Assembly (NCBI GenBank): GCA_046484865.1
Contig: JAWOID010000071.1
Coordinates: forward strand, 42,012 to 106,011
From: Candidatus Krumholzibacteriia bacterium
Lineage (GTDB): Bacteria > Krumholzibacteriota > Krumholzibacteriia > LZORAL124-64-63
DNA: 64,000 nt
Reading direction: 5' to 3'
Shown here piece by piece: positions 10,000 to 20,491 of this stretch. Below the pieces are notes generated by a model, which was not told the DNA's origin, did no database searches, and was given only the letters and a program-made list of their open reading frames with translations. Within the stretch, counting starts at the first letter, position 1, and every line of letters starts with the position of its first letter. Both the position numbers and the translations under genes were made by a program.

Positions 10000-12179
10000 G
10001 ACTGCACCCCGCTCTCGGCGGCCAGCTCGTCCAGGACCGCCAGGGCGTCCGACTGCGCATGGATGAAGCGGTCAACCCCCGCGGCCTCCAGCTGCGGCAC
10101 GAGGTCCTTCGGGTAACCGGCCAGGATGACCGTGCGTGGACCGCCGTCGCGCTTCAGCTTCTCGGCGGTGGCCACCGCCAGCTCCTGATAGGTTTCGTCG
10201 CGTCCCACGATCACCACCCGGGGAGCACCGCCCCGCCGGGCCGCGGCCGCCGCCTCGGTGGGCGTGTCGAACCAGCCCCGCTCCTCCACCCGGAAGCCGC
10301 CCACCTGGAAGAAGGCGCGGGTGAAGTCGAGCCGGGGCGTGTAGCGCGCGACGTCCCCCAGGCAGCAGAGGTGGACGCGCACGGCATCCGGTTCCTCGGC
10401 CGCCCGCGCCAGCACCGCTCTGCGGAGCCGTTCGAACGGCTCGGCGGCGCGGCACGGCCGCAGCGGGGCGACCTGCGGGCCGGGCCGGACGTCGGACCGC
10501 AGCGCCGACGTCAGCTCGCCGAGCGTGGTGCCGCGTCCAGCCGCCGCCGCGAGGGCGGGCAGGAGCTGCGCCGGCTCGGCACGGAGCATCTCCTCCACGC
10601 GTTCGAGCTCCTGGCTGCGGTCCCGGCCGGCGGCGCCCCGCAGTCCCTGCATCGCGGCGGCCCGCTGCCGGTGCAGCGACCGGTAGTGGGGCACGTTGGG
10701 CGCGGGCGTCTTCTCCGTGGCGTCGGGGTACTGGTTGGTGCCGACGATGACGCTGCGCCGCAGGGCCGCCTTGCGCGCGCGCTCGTCGGCCACGGCTGCG
10801 ATCCGACCCTGGATCTCGCCCGACGCCAGTGCCGCCATCATGCCGCCGTCGCCCTCGATCTCCTGGAAGATGGACCAGGCCAGATCCCCGAGATCGGCGG
10901 TGAGCCGCTCCACGTACCACGAGCCGCCGGCCGGATCCACCACCGCCGCCAGGTGCGACTCCTCGCGCAGGATGGTGTGGGTGTTCCGGGCGAGCCGGCG
11001 CGCCAGCTCCGACGGCAGCCCGAGGGGAGCGTCGAAGGGCAGCACGGTGAGGCTGTCCACGCCCCCCAGCACCGCAGCCATGGCCTCGGTGGTGGTGCGC
11101 AGGATGTTCACGTGACGGTCGTAGACGGTCTTGGTGAAGCTGCTCGTGCGCGCGTGCACCCGTGTGCGGCGCGCCAGGTCGTCGTCGCCGCCGCAGCTGC
11201 GCACGACCTGCGCCCACAGCACCCGCGCAGCGCGCAGCTTGGCGATCTCCATGAAGAAGTGCGTGCCCACGCCGAAGCCCAGCTGCAGGTGGGGGATGAC
11301 CTCGCCGGGAGGCAGCCCCTCCCGCTCCAGGGCGCGCAGGTGCTCCACGGCCGCCGCCAGCGTGAAGGCCAGCTCCTGCGCCGCGTTGCCCCCGGCCTCG
11401 TGATAGGGATAGCCCCAGGCGGCCACGGTCCTCAGGTCCGGAGCCGAGGTGCGAGCCCAGCGCGTGAGCGCTGCCACCTCGCGGTAGAGACGGTCGGTGC
11501 GCACGGGTAACGTCCCACGCATCGCCAGCAGCGCCACCGGATCCGCGCCCACGCAGCCGCGCAGGCGACGCGGGTCCTCGCCGCGACCCTCCACCAGTGC
11601 CAGCAGCAGCGCGGTCGCGGGCAGCGCCACGACGCCGGCGTCCAGGTAGACGGGATGCTCCTCGAGCGAGATGCCGTCGAGCGCGCGGGCGAGATCGGCC
11701 ACGACGGCCACCGACAGCCCGTCGCGCCCCACTCCGCCCGGTTCGGCGTGGTCGGGATCGCGCCCGGAGCGCGACGCGGCGTCGAGCACCAGCGCCACCG
11801 CATCCTGGCCCCGCTCGAGGTCGTGGCGCAGCACCAGGTTCAGGTCCTCGGCGAGCGGGAAGAGCAGATCCTGCACGACGTCCCAGGAGCCGCGGCGGTG
11901 ATCCAGCGGCCGCATCCCCCGCAGGAAGGGGTACTCGCCCGGACACGAGGCCGTCCAGGGCAGATCATCGAGATCGGACCGGGTGTAGATGGGTCGAAGA
12001 GTCACCCCCTCGTCGGTGGGAGTGAGCATCGCCTTCTCGAAGGGCACCCCCGCGAGCTGACGGACCACCTCGTCGTACCAGTCATCGAGACTCGCTGCTG
12101 CGAACCCCGCCAGCAGCCGCTCGCGCGGCTCGCCGGGGTCGCCGTCGCCGGCCGTTCCCCGCCTGGGATCTCCGTCCAT
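9996..12179 (-). CDS. mutA: Methylmalonyl-CoA mutase, small non-catalytic subunit
   Basis: [33 protein letters not shown] and VGTNQYP; lacks DxHxxG; ATGA overlap with mutB. Confidence 0.92.
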   Translation of the reverse strand: MDGDPRRGTAGDGDPGEPRERLLAGFAAASLDDWYDEVVRQLAGVPFEKAMLTPTDEGVTLRPIYTRSDLDDLPWTASCPGEYPFLRGMRPLDHRRGSWDVVQDLLFPLAEDLNLVLRHDLERGQDAVALVLDAASRSGRDPDHAEPGGVGRDGLSVAVVADLARALDGISLEEHPVYLDAGVVALPATALLLALVEGRGEDPRRLRGCVGADPVALLAMRGTLPVRTDRLYREVAALTRWARTSAPDLRTVAAWGYPYHEAGGNAAQELAFTLAAAVEHLRALEREGLPPGEVIPHLQLGFGVGTHFFMEIAKLRAARVLWAQVVRSCGGDDDLARRTRVHARTSSFTKTVYDRHVNILRTTTEAMAAVLGGVDSLTVLPFDAPLGLPSELARRLARNTHTILREESHLAAVVDPAGGSWYVERLTADLGDLAWSIFQEIEGDGGMMAALASGEIQGRIAAVADERARKAALRRSVIVGTNQYPDATEKTPAPNVPHYRSLHRQRAAAMQGLRGAAGRDRSQELERVEEMLRAEPAQLLPALAAAAGRGTTLGELTSALRSDVRPGPQVAPLRPCRAAEPFERLRRAVLARAAEEPDAVRVHLCCLGDVARYTPRLDFTRAFFQVGGFRVEERGWFDTPTEAAAAARRGGAPRVVIVGRDETYQELAVATAEKLKRDGGPRTVILAGYPKDLVPQLEAAGVDRFIHAQSDALAVLDELAAESGVQS

Positions 12180-12343
12180 CTCGCCGCCGTCCTTCCGATA
12201 ATGACCGCGCCGGTCATGGGTGCGACCGCCCGGCGCGTCCGGTCCAATGTAACAGGATCGGCGCCCCCGCACGACCACGACGGCCACCCGGCGGCGGAAT
12301 GGATACGGGTGGGAGCGGGAGGGCGGGGAGGCGCCGGGACGAT

Positions 12344-12937
12344 TCAGTCCGCGCGCAGGCCGCCGAGCAGGAACCCGGCGACGGCCGTGGCCTTGCTCTC
12401 GAGACGGACGTTCCGGCGCGACAGCACCCAGTCGGTGGCCATCTCGTCGAGGACGCCGAAGATGGCCTTGGCCGCGAACAGCGGGTCCAGTTCGGCACGG
12501 AACCGCCCCTCCGTCTGCCCCTGGACGACCACCTCGGCCAGGATGCCCAGGTACTCCCGCACCTGCTGGCGCGAGAGCTGTCCCATGAAGTGCACGCTGT
12601 GCCGCAACTCCACCTGGGTGATGATCGCCAGGTCACGATCTTCCCCCACCAGACCCAGGTGGAGCTCGACGATGCGCCTCAGCTTGCTCTCGGCGTCGGC
12701 CTCGCCGGGAAGCTGCGCGCGTCCCTCGTCGATGAACCGGCGCACGGCGCGATCGAAGAGCGAGAGCAGCAGGTCGTCCTTGCTGGCGAAGTAGAGATAG
12801 ATGGTGCCGTCGGCGACGCCGGCCCGGCGGGCGATCATCGAGACGGTCGTCTGGTAGTACCCGCGTCGCGCGATCTCGGCCACCGCGGCGTCGAGGATCC
12901 GCTCTCGCTTTTCTCCGCTGTTGCGAGTCACCGCCAT
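12344..12937 (-). CDS. fadR: TetR-family fatty-acid metabolism repressor (Bacillus FadR/YsiA-like)
   Basis: HTH IARRAGVADGTIYLYFASKDDLL; C-terminal LAIITQVELRHS and FGVLDEMATDW resemble YsiA; divergent from the fad operon. Confidence 0.85.
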   Translation of the reverse strand: MAVTRNSGEKRERILDAAVAEIARRGYYQTTVSMIARRAGVADGTIYLYFASKDDLLLSLFDRAVRRFIDEGRAQLPGEADAESKLRRIVELHLGLVGEDRDLAIITQVELRHSVHFMGQLSRQQVREYLGILAEVVVQGQTEGRFRAELDPLFAAKAIFGVLDEMATDWVLSRRNVRLESKATAVAGFLLGGLRAD

Positions 12938-13030
12938 GCCGGCTCCCCGGTCTGCCGCGCCGCCGAGGCCTGGGCAGACATGAACGACGATTCAGCGCCT
13001 CGGCCCGTTCTGCGGGCGCGTGCCGTCTTC

Positions 13031-13059
13031 ATGATACACCACCGCAATCGGCTCGCCAA
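13031..13059 (-). promoter_or_regulatory. Putative sigma70 promoter for fadR-mutA-mutB
   Basis: Minus strand TTGGCG-17 nt-TATCAT. Confidence 0.45.
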
Positions 13060-13086
13060 GCCCCTCAAACGAGATCGCGGAGTTCG

Positions 13087-13115
13087 TTGACACTTCTTCG
13101 CAACTCGACTAGACT
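13087..13115 (+). promoter_or_regulatory. Sigma70-type promoter of fadN-fadA-fadE
   Basis: TTGACA (13087-13092), 17-nt spacer, TAGACT (13110-13115). Confidence 0.85.
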
Positions 13116-13117
13116 AC

Positions 13118-13135
13118 TGAATGGCTATTCATTCG
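13118..13135. promoter_or_regulatory. FadR (YsiA)-type operator
   Basis: TGAATGGCTATTCATTCG contains a GAATG-6-CATTC dyad, matches the B. subtilis FadR box TGAATGAnTAnTCATTCA, and overlaps the predicted +1. Confidence 0.8.
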
Positions 13136-13223
13136 CGGCCGAAAAATGAGGCGCAGGTCGCTGTCCGTCCCGCCGTGAGGGCGCCGCGATGGACCGCACG
13201 CACAACCGACACGGGGAGGAGCC

Positions 13224-15626
13224 ATGCGCAGGCCAGTCCGCAAAGCCGCCCTGCTGGGCTCCGGCGTCATGGGCAGCGGCATCGCCGCTCACCTGGCCAA
13301 CGCCGGTATCCGTTCGCTCGTCCTGGACATCGTCCCTCGCGAACCGAACGAGGCCGAGCAGAAGGCCGGCCTCACGCTCGAGGACCGGGCCGTGCGCGAC
13401 CGCATCGCCCGCGACTCCATCCAGGCCCTGCTCAAGACGCGCCCCGCCCCGCTCTACGCTCCGGAGCGCATCGGGCTGATCGAGGTGGGCAACCTCGAGG
13501 ACGATCTGGCGCGCCTGCAGGAGTGCGACTGGATCATCGAGGTCGTGAAGGAAGACCTCGACATCAAGAAGAAGGTGCTGGCGGCGGCGGCACCGCACAT
13601 CCCGGCCGAGGCCGTCCTGTCGACGAACACCTCCGGGCTCTCGATCGCCGCCATGGCCGCGGTGCTCCCCGAGGAGCTGCGGCCGCGGTTCCTCGGCACG
13701 CACTTCTTCAACCCGCCGCGCTACATGCGCCTCTTCGAGCTCGTGCCGGGGCCGGACACCGACCCGCAGGTGGTGACGCAGGTGGCGGAGCTGGCCCGCG
13801 ACCGCCTGGGCAAGGGCGTGGTGGTGGCCAAGGACACGCCGAACTTCATCGCCAACCGCGTGGGAGTGCACGCGATGATGGCCACCGTCGAGGTCATGCA
13901 GGAGCTGGGCCTCACCATCGAGGAGATGGACGCACTGTCGGGACCGGCAGTGGGCCGGCCGAAGACCGCCACCTTCCAGCTCGCCGACCTGGTGGGCCTC
14001 GATACGTTCCTGCACGTGGCGGACAACCTCTACCCCCTCGTTCCCGGCGACGAGGCCCGCGAGACCTTCAAGGCTCCGGACTACCTGCGGCGGATGGTGG
14101 AACGGGGCCTGCTCGGTCGCAAGAGCGGCGGCGGCTTCTACAGCATGCAGAAGACGCCCGAGGGACGGGTCTTCCACACCCTCGACCTCGAGACGCTGGA
14201 GTACCGCGAGAAGCAGAAGGCCCGCTTCCCCGAGCTGGACCTGGCCAGGGGCAAGGACGACCTGGGCGAGCGGCTGCGGACGCTGGTGTGGGCCGAGGGA
14301 CGCGCCGCGGAGGCCGTCTGGAAGCTGCTGGCCCCCACCTTCAGCTACAGCGCCATGCGTCTGGGCGAGATCTGCGAGCATGTCGCGGAGATCGACCGCG
14401 CGATGCGCTGGGGCTTCAACTGGGAGCTGGGCCCCTTCGAGGCGTGGGACGCGCTCGGATTCCGCAAGGTGACCGAGCGGCTGCGCGCCGACGGACGTCC
14501 GCTGCCCGCCTGGATCGACGCCCTGTACGACGCCGGCGACGAGAGCCTCTACGTGGTGGACGACGGCCGCAAGCTCGGACCCACCGCGGAACCGGGCCGC
14601 CGCGCTCCGCTGCCCGAGGACCCGCGCGCGCTGGACTTCGAGCTGCTGCGCCACGCCGGCGGCGAGGTGCGCCGCAACCCGGGCGCCAGTCTGCTGGACC
14701 TGGGCGAGGGCGTGCTCGGCCTCGAGTTCCACTCGAAGATGAACGCCATCGGCCAGGACACCATCAACATGATCAACACCGCCTGCGACGAGGCGGAGCG
14801 GAACTGGCGCGCGCTGGTCGTCACCAACCCGGCCGAGAACTTCAGTGTCGGCGCCAACCTCATGCTGCTGCTGATGGCCGCCCAGGAGGGCGACTGGGAC
14901 GACGTGGACCTGATCGTGCGCGCGTTCCAGGGTGCCAACGACCGCCTCGAGTTCTGCGGCGTGCCGGTGGTCACCGCTCCCGCGGGGCTGGCCCTCGGGG
15001 GCGGCTGCGAGGTGACGATGGCCGGCAACGCGGTACGCGCGGCCGCGGAGACCTACATCGGACTGGTGGAGTTCGGTGCCGGCGTGATCCCCGCGGGCGG
15101 CGGCTGCGTGCGTCTGTACCAGCGCAACGTGGAAGGCATCACCGACGGCGTGGACATCTACCCCGCGCTGCGCAAGACGTTCGAGACCATCGGCATGGCG
15201 AAGGTGGCCACCAGCGCAGAGGAAGCGCGCGGCCTCGGCTTCCTGCGGCCGGGCGACGCGTGGTCGCTCAACCGTGCGCATCTGGCCCGCGACGCCCGGG
15301 ATCTCGCTCTCGCCCTGGCCGACGCCGGCTGGATACCGCCCCACCCCCGGCAGGACATCCCGGTCCTGGGCACCGACGGCATCGCGCTGGCGGGCTCGTT
15401 CCTCTTCAACATGCGCGAGGGGCAGTACATCTCCGATCACGACCAGAAGATCGGCATGGAACTGGGACGCATCCTCAGCGGCGGCGAGGTGCCGCCGCGC
15501 ACCACCGTCACCCACGAACGGATGCTGGAACTGGAGCGCGAGAGCTTCCTGCGGCTCATGGGCGAGCGCAAGACGCTCGAGCGCATGCAGCACATCCTGA
15601 AGACGGGCAAGCCGCTGCGGAACTAG
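13224..15626 (+). CDS. fadN: 3-hydroxyacyl-CoA dehydrogenase / enoyl-CoA hydratase (FadN-type)
   Basis: [11 protein letters not shown]ossmann motif, [15 protein letters not shown], and a C-terminal crotonase domain (LGGGCE, GLVE). Confidence 0.95.
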   Translation: MRRPVRKAALLGSGVMGSGIAAHLANAGIRSLVLDIVPREPNEAEQKAGLTLEDRAVRDRIARDSIQALLKTRPAPLYAPERIGLIEVGNLEDDLARLQECDWIIEVVKEDLDIKKKVLAAAAPHIPAEAVLSTNTSGLSIAAMAAVLPEELRPRFLGTHFFNPPRYMRLFELVPGPDTDPQVVTQVAELARDRLGKGVVVAKDTPNFIANRVGVHAMMATVEVMQELGLTIEEMDALSGPAVGRPKTATFQLADLVGLDTFLHVADNLYPLVPGDEARETFKAPDYLRRMVERGLLGRKSGGGFYSMQKTPEGRVFHTLDLETLEYREKQKARFPELDLARGKDDLGERLRTLVWAEGRAAEAVWKLLAPTFSYSAMRLGEICEHVAEIDRAMRWGFNWELGPFEAWDALGFRKVTERLRADGRPLPAWIDALYDAGDESLYVVDDGRKLGPTAEPGRRAPLPEDPRALDFELLRHAGGEVRRNPGASLLDLGEGVLGLEFHSKMNAIGQDTINMINTACDEAERNWRALVVTNPAENFSVGANLMLLLMAAQEGDWDDVDLIVRAFQGANDRLEFCGVPVVTAPAGLALGGGCEVTMAGNAVRAAAETYIGLVEFGAGVIPAGGGCVRLYQRNVEGITDGVDIYPALRKTFETIGMAKVATSAEEARGLGFLRPGDAWSLNRAHLARDARDLALALADAGWIPPHPRQDIPVLGTDGIALAGSFLFNMREGQYISDHDQKIGMELGRILSGGEVPPRTTVTHERMLELERESFLRLMGERKTLERMQHILKTGKPLRN

Positions 15627-15652
15627 AACCGCGGTTGAAGGGAGAGATCGCG

Positions 15653-16852
15653 ATGAGGAACAACGGCATGCGGGACGTGGTGGTGGCCGTGGCGCGACGC
15701 ACCGCCGTGGGTCGGGCCAAGAAGGGCACCCTGCGGCACACCCGCCCCGACGATCTCGGCGCGGCCGTGATCAGGAGCATCCTGGCGGCGGCCCCGGGGC
15801 TCGATCCGGCGCGTCTGGACGACGTGGTGATCGGCTGCGCCATGCCCGAGGCGGAGCAGGGCATGAACGTGGGACGCAACATCGCCCTGATCGCCGGACT
15901 GCCCGACTCGGTGCCGGGCATGACGGTGAACCGGTTCTGCAGTTCGGGTCTGGAGACGATCAACCTGGCCGCCAACTCGATCCGTGTCGGCCAGTACGAC
16001 CTGGCCATCGCCGGCGGCGTGGAATCGATGACGATGGTGCCCATGGGCGGCTACCGCTACCTGCCCAACCCCACCATCATGCAGGAGGACCCGGCCACCT
16101 TCCTGGGCATGGGGCTCACCGCCGAGCGCCTGGCCGAGCGCGACGGGATCCCGCGCGAGGATCAGGATCGCTTCGCTCTGCGCAGCCACCAGAAGGCGGT
16201 GGACGCCATCGAATCGGGCCGCTTCGCGGAGGAGATCGCGCCGGTGACCGCGCGGCTGCCGGGCAAGGACCAGCGCGGCAGGCCCACCACCGTCGAGCAG
16301 GAGTTCAAGGTGGACGAGGGGCCTCGCGGCGACACGACCCTGGAGGCGCTGGCGAAGCTCAGGCCCGCCTTCAAGCAGGGCGGCACCGTCACCGCCGGCA
16401 ACTCCAGCCAGATGAGCGACGGCGCCGCCGCGGTGCTGCTCTGCACCCCGGAGATGGCGAAGGAGCTGGGGCTGGAACCGCTGGCCCGCTTCGTGGGGTA
16501 CGCCGTGGCGGGCGTGGAGCCGGAGATCATGGGCATCGGTCCGGTCAAGGCCGTACCGAAGGCGCTGGAACGCATCGGACTGACTCTGGACCAGATGGAC
16601 GTCATCGAGCTGAACGAGGCGTTCGCCGCCCAGGGACTGGCCGTGTGCAAGGGGCTGGGCCTGGACCCGGAGGACCCGCGGCTCAACGCGAACGGCGGTG
16701 CCGTGGCCCTGGGCCACCCGCTGGGCTGCACCGGCGCCAAGCTCACCACCACCGCCCTGCACGAGTTGAAGCGACGCGACGGCAAGTACGCGCTGGTGAC
16801 CATGTGCATCGGCACCGGCATGGGAGCGGCGGGAGTGTTCGCCGCGCTGTGA
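15653..16852 (+). CDS. fadA: Acetyl-CoA C-acyltransferase (degradative thiolase)
   Basis: [20 protein letters not shown] and [16 protein letters not shown] before ATG 15653. Confidence 0.95.
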   Translation: MRNNGMRDVVVAVARRTAVGRAKKGTLRHTRPDDLGAAVIRSILAAAPGLDPARLDDVVIGCAMPEAEQGMNVGRNIALIAGLPDSVPGMTVNRFCSSGLETINLAANSIRVGQYDLAIAGGVESMTMVPMGGYRYLPNPTIMQEDPATFLGMGLTAERLAERDGIPREDQDRFALRSHQKAVDAIESGRFAEEIAPVTARLPGKDQRGRPTTVEQEFKVDEGPRGDTTLEALAKLRPAFKQGGTVTAGNSSQMSDGAAAVLLCTPEMAKELGLEPLARFVGYAVAGVEPEIMGIGPVKAVPKALERIGLTLDQMDVIELNEAFAAQGLAVCKGLGLDPEDPRLNANGGAVALGHPLGCTGAKLTTTALHELKRRDGKYALVTMCIGTGMGAAGVFAAL

Positions 16853-16943
16853 GCCCGACCGGGCGAGCTCCGGCCGGCGTGAACCGGAACGGCCGCTCGG
16901 ACGACGCCTGGACGAGACGACGGACGACCAGAAGGAGACAGCC

Positions 16944-18737
16944 ATGGCCGAGACGAAGACTTCCCTCACGGGCGGCATGTTCCTGCTGCGGCCGACCGCA
17001 CCGGCCGACGTGTTCACGCCCGAGGACTTCGACGAGAACCAGCGCATGATCGGGCAGGTCGTGGAGGAGTTCTGCACCAAGCACATCCACCCGGTGGCGG
17101 AGGAGCTGGAGTACGAGGGGAAGACGGAGCTGGGCGCCCGGTTGCTGAAGGAGGCGGGCACCACGGGTCTGCTCGCCGCCGACGTGCCCGAGGCCTATGG
17201 CGGCATGGGCTCGAACAAGGCCACCATCATGCTCATCAGCGAGAAGATGGCCAACGGCGGCAGCTTCGCGGTGACTCACGGCGCCCAGTCGGGCATCGGC
17301 ACCCTGCCCATCGTGTACTTCGGCACCCCGGAGCAGAAGCAGTCGTACCTTCCGCGTCTGGCCACCGCCGATCTGCTCACCTGCTACGCTCTCACCGAGC
17401 CGGGCAGCGGCAGCGACGCCCTGGCCGCCGCCACCACGGCGAAGCTCAGCGCCGACGGCCGGCACTACGTGCTCAACGGCACCAAGCAGTACATCAGCAA
17501 CGCGGCGTACGCCGAGATCGCCGTGCTCTTCGCGAAGGTCGACGGCGAGCAGTTCACCGCGTTCATCGTCGACCTGAAGGCGGACGGAGTGAGCCTGGGT
17601 CTCGAGGAGAAGAAGATGGGGATCAAGGGGTCCTCCACCCGTGCCATCATCCTGGAGGACGTGCAGGTCCCCGTGGAGAACGTGCTCGGCGAGGTGGGCA
17701 AGGGGCACCTGATCGCCTTCAACATCCTGAACGTGGGGCGCTTCAAGCTGGGCGCCAGCAGCGTGGGCGGCTGCAAGATCGTGCTCGAGCAGGTGGTCCC
17801 CTACACCAGCGACCGCCACCAGTTCGGTCAGCCGCTCAACAGCTTCCCGCTGATCCGGCGCAAGCTGGCCCAGGTGGCGGCGCGGACGTTCGTCACCGAG
17901 GCCATGGTGTACCGCACCGCGGGGCTGCTCGACCAGGCCATCGGCGAGCTGGACCGCGGCGCCGACGACTACGACCTGCAGAGCATCCTCAAGGTGCAGG
18001 ACTTCTCGATCGAGTGCTCCCTGATCAAGGTCTTCGCCACCGAGAGCCTGGCCCTGGCCGCCGAGGAGGGAGTGCAGATGCTCGGCGGCTACGGCTACTG
18101 CCAGGAGTACCCGCTGGAGCGCATCTACCGGGACGAGCGCATCAACCGCATCTTCGAGGGCACGAACGAGATCAACCGCATGATCGCACCGGGGATGCTG
18201 CTCCGGAAGGCAGCCAAGAACGAGCTGCCGTTCTTCGCGGCGGCCCAGCAGGTGGCCGAAGAGCTGACCGGAATGCCCGGTCTCGGCGACGGTGGCGAGC
18301 CCGGCTTCCTGGACGACGTGGAACGCATCGTCGCCAACATGAAGAAGGTGGTGCTGGCGACCCTGGGGCTGGCCGCGCAGAAGCACGGTCCGGCCATCAA
18401 GGACCAGCAGGAGATCCTCAGCGACGCCGCCGACATCATCATGGAGGCATACGCCTGCGAGAGCGGGCTGCTGCGTGCTCGCAAGCGGGCGGCCGCCGGC
18501 GGCGAGGAGGCCGCGGCGACCATGGCGGACATGCTGACCCTGTACGCCCATGACGCGATCGAACGGGTGGCCGTGTGGGGCAAGAACATCCTGGGCGCCA
18601 CGGTGGAGGGCGACGAGCTGCGCGCGTACCTGTCCGGCCTGCGCCGGCTCACGAAGCATGACCCGGTGAACCGTCCGCGGTTGCATGATATCATCGCCGG
18701 ACGCGTGATCGACGCCGGCGGATACACCGTGGGCTGA
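16944..18737 (+). CDS. fadE: Acyl-CoA dehydrogenase (long FadE/YusJ type)
   Basis: YALTEPGSGSD, KMGIKGS, GGYGY and RIFEGTNEINR. Confidence 0.95.
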   Translation: MAETKTSLTGGMFLLRPTAPADVFTPEDFDENQRMIGQVVEEFCTKHIHPVAEELEYEGKTELGARLLKEAGTTGLLAADVPEAYGGMGSNKATIMLISEKMANGGSFAVTHGAQSGIGTLPIVYFGTPEQKQSYLPRLATADLLTCYALTEPGSGSDALAAATTAKLSADGRHYVLNGTKQYISNAAYAEIAVLFAKVDGEQFTAFIVDLKADGVSLGLEEKKMGIKGSSTRAIILEDVQVPVENVLGEVGKGHLIAFNILNVGRFKLGASSVGGCKIVLEQVVPYTSDRHQFGQPLNSFPLIRRKLAQVAARTFVTEAMVYRTAGLLDQAIGELDRGADDYDLQSILKVQDFSIECSLIKVFATESLALAAEEGVQMLGGYGYCQEYPLERIYRDERINRIFEGTNEINRMIAPGMLLRKAAKNELPFFAAAQQVAEELTGMPGLGDGGEPGFLDDVERIVANMKKVVLATLGLAAQKHGPAIKDQQEILSDAADIIMEAYACESGLLRARKRAAAGGEEAAATMADMLTLYAHDAIERVAVWGKNILGATVEGDELRAYLSGLRRLTKHDPVNRPRLHDIIAGRVIDAGGYTVG

Positions 18738-18775
18738 TCGACGACGCCGCGCAACGCAGCACACGGAGGTCGAGC

Positions 18776-19543
18776 GTGCGCACATCACCCCTGATCCTGG
18801 CCGCCGCCCTCGTGGCGGCGGCCGGGGTACTCGCCGCCGGCCCGGCACACGGCCAGATCCTCAACACCCTGCGCGGATTCGCCGACCGGGAGCCGGGCTG
18901 GAGCGGCTCGGCGACCGGTTATCTGGCCGCGGCGGGCGGCAACTCGGAGTACGAGGAATACGGCGGCGCACTCACGGTGCAGTGGCAGGGCGAGCACCAG
19001 CGGGTGCGGGCTCTGGGCTCGGGCGAGCTGAGGTCCAGCGACGACGAGCGCACCGCCGAGAACACCACCGGGCACCTGCGGCACAACTGGTTCTTCCATC
19101 GCCGACTGGCGACGGTGGCCTTCGTGCAGATCCAGCGCAATCCCTTCCAGCGGCTGGAGGAGCGCCTGCTCGCCGGCGGCGGCCTGCGCTTCGAGGTGCT
19201 GAGCCGCGAGCAGATGCGGTGGTTCCTGGGCGTGACGACGATGTTCGAGGACGAGGCGATCGAGGACGTCGCCGGACGGGAGCGGCGGCACCGCATGTCC
19301 TCGTTCGTGTCCCTGGTGTACCGGGCGCGGGAAGGCCTCAGCGTGGACCTGACCGGCTTCTACCAGCCGCGCTGGAGCGACTTCGCCGACGCCCGCGCCA
19401 CCGCGGCGGCAGCGGTGAAGGTGGCCGTGATCGGCACCCTCCATCTCGACGTCACCGCCAGCCTGCAGTACGATGCCCGGCCGGCGCCCGGCGTGGAGAC
19501 CACCGACTGGACGGTGCGCAACGGCCTGGGCGTGGAGTTCTGA
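18776..19543 (+). CDS. DUF481-like outer-membrane beta-barrel protein
   Basis: Signal peptide (AHG), GGNSE motif, amphipathic strands, C-terminal GLGVEF. Confidence 0.75.
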   Translation: MRTSPLILAAALVAAAGVLAAGPAHGQILNTLRGFADREPGWSGSATGYLAAAGGNSEYEEYGGALTVQWQGEHQRVRALGSGELRSSDDERTAENTTGHLRHNWFFHRRLATVAFVQIQRNPFQRLEERLLAGGGLRFEVLSREQMRWFLGVTTMFEDEAIEDVAGRERRHRMSSFVSLVYRAREGLSVDLTGFYQPRWSDFADARATAAAAVKVAVIGTLHLDVTASLQYDARPAPGVETTDWTVRNGLGVEF

Positions 19544-19570
19544 CCGCCGCGGCGGAGGTCCCGTCAGTCC

Positions 19571-20476
19571 ATGCTCGGCGCCTTGCTGCCCATCTTCGCC
19601 ATCATCCTGCTGGGCTGGGCGCTGCGACGCCTGGGCTTCCCGGCCGCCGGCTTCTGGCCGCAGGCGGAACGCATCACCTACTACCTGTTCCTGCCCGCCC
19701 TCTTCGTCGGCAGCCTGGCGGTGGCCGATTTCGGATCGCTGGCCGCCGGCCGGCTCGCGCTGGCCCTCGCCCTCCCCATCGTCGTGATGTCCGCCGGTCT
19801 CCTGCTGGCGCGCCCGCACCTCCCGGTCTCCGGGCCCACCTTCACCTCGCTGTTCCAGGGCGCCGTGCGCATGAACACCTACGTGGGACTGTCCGCCGCC
19901 GCCGCCCTCTTCGGCACCGCCGGCGTGACGATGTCCTCGGTGGCCATCGTGGCCATGATCCCGCTGATCAACGTGCTCTGCGTGAGCGTGATCACGATGT
20001 ACGGCGCGCGCGGCGGGCGACCGGGCGGACGGGTCCTGCTGGAGATCGTGCGGAACCCCCTGATCGTCGGCTGCGCCGTGGGTTACGCGCTGAACGCCAG
20101 CGGCCTGGTCTTGCCGCCGGCGGCGGTGGAGTTCTTCCGGATCCTCGGTCGCGCCGCGCTGCCCATCGGCCTGCTGGCCGCCGGCACCGGCCTGCGCTTC
20201 GGCGCGGTGGGCCACGACCTGCGCGCGCTCGCCCTGGCGACGTCGGCCAAGCTGGTCGGCTTGCCGCTGCTGACGGCGGCCGCCTGCGAGCTGCTCGGCG
20301 TGGCCGGTGACGAGCGGACCATCGCCCTCGTGTTCGCCGCTCTGCCCACCTCGGCGGCGTCCTACATCCTGGCCCGCCAGCTCGGCGGCGACGTGCCGGC
20401 CATGGCCTCCATCATCACCGTCCAGCACCTGGCGGCGGCGCTCACCATGCCGGCCATGGTGGCGTGGCTGGGGTAG
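19571..20476 (+). CDS. AEC (auxin efflux carrier) family transporter
   Basis: About 10 TM segments; YYLFLPALF, IVRNPLIVG, LPTSAASYILARQLGGD. Confidence 0.9.
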   Translation: MLGALLPIFAIILLGWALRRLGFPAAGFWPQAERITYYLFLPALFVGSLAVADFGSLAAGRLALALALPIVVMSAGLLLARPHLPVSGPTFTSLFQGAVRMNTYVGLSAAAALFGTAGVTMSSVAIVAMIPLINVLCVSVITMYGARGGRPGGRVLLEIVRNPLIVGCAVGYALNASGLVLPPAAVEFFRILGRAALPIGLLAAGTGLRFGAVGHDLRALALATSAKLVGLPLLTAAACELLGVAGDERTIALVFAALPTSAASYILARQLGGDVPAMASIITVQHLAAALTMPAMVAWLG

Positions 20477-20491
20477 GTTCAGGCTGCGGGC

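Noticed and set aside
12180..12343. Cobalamin riboswitch upstream of the mutase genes
   Set aside because: No recognisable B12-box or conserved core by eye; an Rfam/Infernal scan would be needed to exclude it fully.
13121..16852. 1243-aa ORF suggesting a frameshifted FadN-FadA fusion
   Set aside because: The first ~840 codons are an Arg/Pro/Gly-rich off-frame read of fadN. The thiolase has its own RBS and ATG at 15653, and fadN ends normally at 15626.
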